A stretch of 32,201 nt of DNA, taken from the NCBI GenBank assembly GCA_964402735.1, contig CAYODN010000001.1:1-32201 (forward strand), read 5' to 3'. Below are positions 32,024 to 32,201 of this stretch, one piece after another; position 1 is the first letter of the stretch, and every line of letters starts with the position of its first letter. The notes under the pieces were generated by a model. It ran no database searches and was not told where the DNA came from. It saw nothing but the letters and a program-made list of their open reading frames with translations. This stretch comes from an uncultured Candidatus Peribacteria bacterium. Its GTDB lineage: Bacteria; Patescibacteriota; Gracilibacteria; UBA1369; LOWO2-01-FULL-3. The position numbers and the translations under genes were made by a program.

Positions 32024-32201
32024 ATGAACGAAGAATTACGAAAAATCGCAGTGCAAAATTTTGAAATCTGGAATAATGCCTTGCAAACGAAAGATCCCGA
32101 GAAAGTAGCGGCACTTTACAGCGATGATGCCACTTTTTTGCCCACGGTGTTGGGAGAATTCAAACGAGGAAAAACGGGCGCGAAAGAATATTTCGTGCAC
32201 T
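32024..32201 (+). CDS. SnoaL-like / NTF2-fold (DUF4440-like) protein, N-terminal fragment running off the window
   Basis: ATG 32024 gives MNEELRKIAVQNFEIWNNALQTKDPEKVAALYSDDATFLPTVLGEFKRGKTGAKEYFVH, open to the window end. The W..A....D...va.lY..DA.flPT pattern is typical of this fold family. Confidence 0.55.
   Translation, partial: MNEELRKIAVQNFEIWNNALQTKDPEKVAALYSDDATFLPTVLGEFKRGKTGAKEYFVH

Noticed and set aside
1-32201. CRISPR arrays, tRNA/rRNA genes, IS elements, integrases and prophage structural genes
   Set aside because: I scanned the intergenic gaps (962-1292, 4736-4871, 6325-6479, 6987-7151, 7581-7712, 11362-11548, 19256-19378, 24136-24219 and 30118-30210). I saw no regularly spaced direct repeats, no cloverleaf-like GC-rich segments and no terminal inverted repeats. 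No ORF has transposase or recombinase motifs.

Overview
This is an AT-rich, very gene-dense bacterial fragment with about 50 short protein genes. All but three genes are on the + strand. I saw no rRNA, tRNA, CRISPR array, transposase or integrase.

The gene content points to an uncultivated small-genome lineage such as CPR/Patescibacteria, but this is inference only. The pointers are a zf-trcl-type zinc ribbon, an orphan VirD4/TraD-like ATPase, many tiny hydrolases and transferases, a lipobox lipoprotein, PgeF, and no Shine-Dalgarno motifs.

The left edge carries a malic enzyme gene on the minus strand. The supplied ORF track misses it because it runs off the window.

Most of the window is an accessory grab-bag:
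- 5 GNAT acetyltransferases
- 5 Nudix-fold genes
- 2 HIT proteins
- 3 pol-beta nucleotidyltransferases
- an S66 (MccF/LdcA-like) peptidase, a C39-like peptidase and a transglutaminase-like protein
- an HTH-Fic protein, HicA/HicB-like and MNT/HEPN toxin-antitoxin modules
- dCTP deaminase and dCMP deaminase

The best candidate for an undescribed system is a translationally coupled four-gene operon at 19379-22608. It is driven by a consensus TTGACA-N18-TATAAT promoter flanked by three copies of an ATTCCCGGTA motif. The genes encode an RsbW-like GHKL ATPase, a STAS-like (DUF4325-type) protein, a multi-pass membrane protein, and a 463-aa zinc-finger-less mini-UvrA with one degenerate ATP site.

Other notable points:
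- A Cys-rich repeat protein and its zinc-ribbon partner form one reading frame split by a single TAA.
- The HEPN toxin is knocked out by a TAA at a conserved Glu codon.
- A palindromic operator pair sits upstream of Fic.
- Two promoters appear to give leaderless transcripts.
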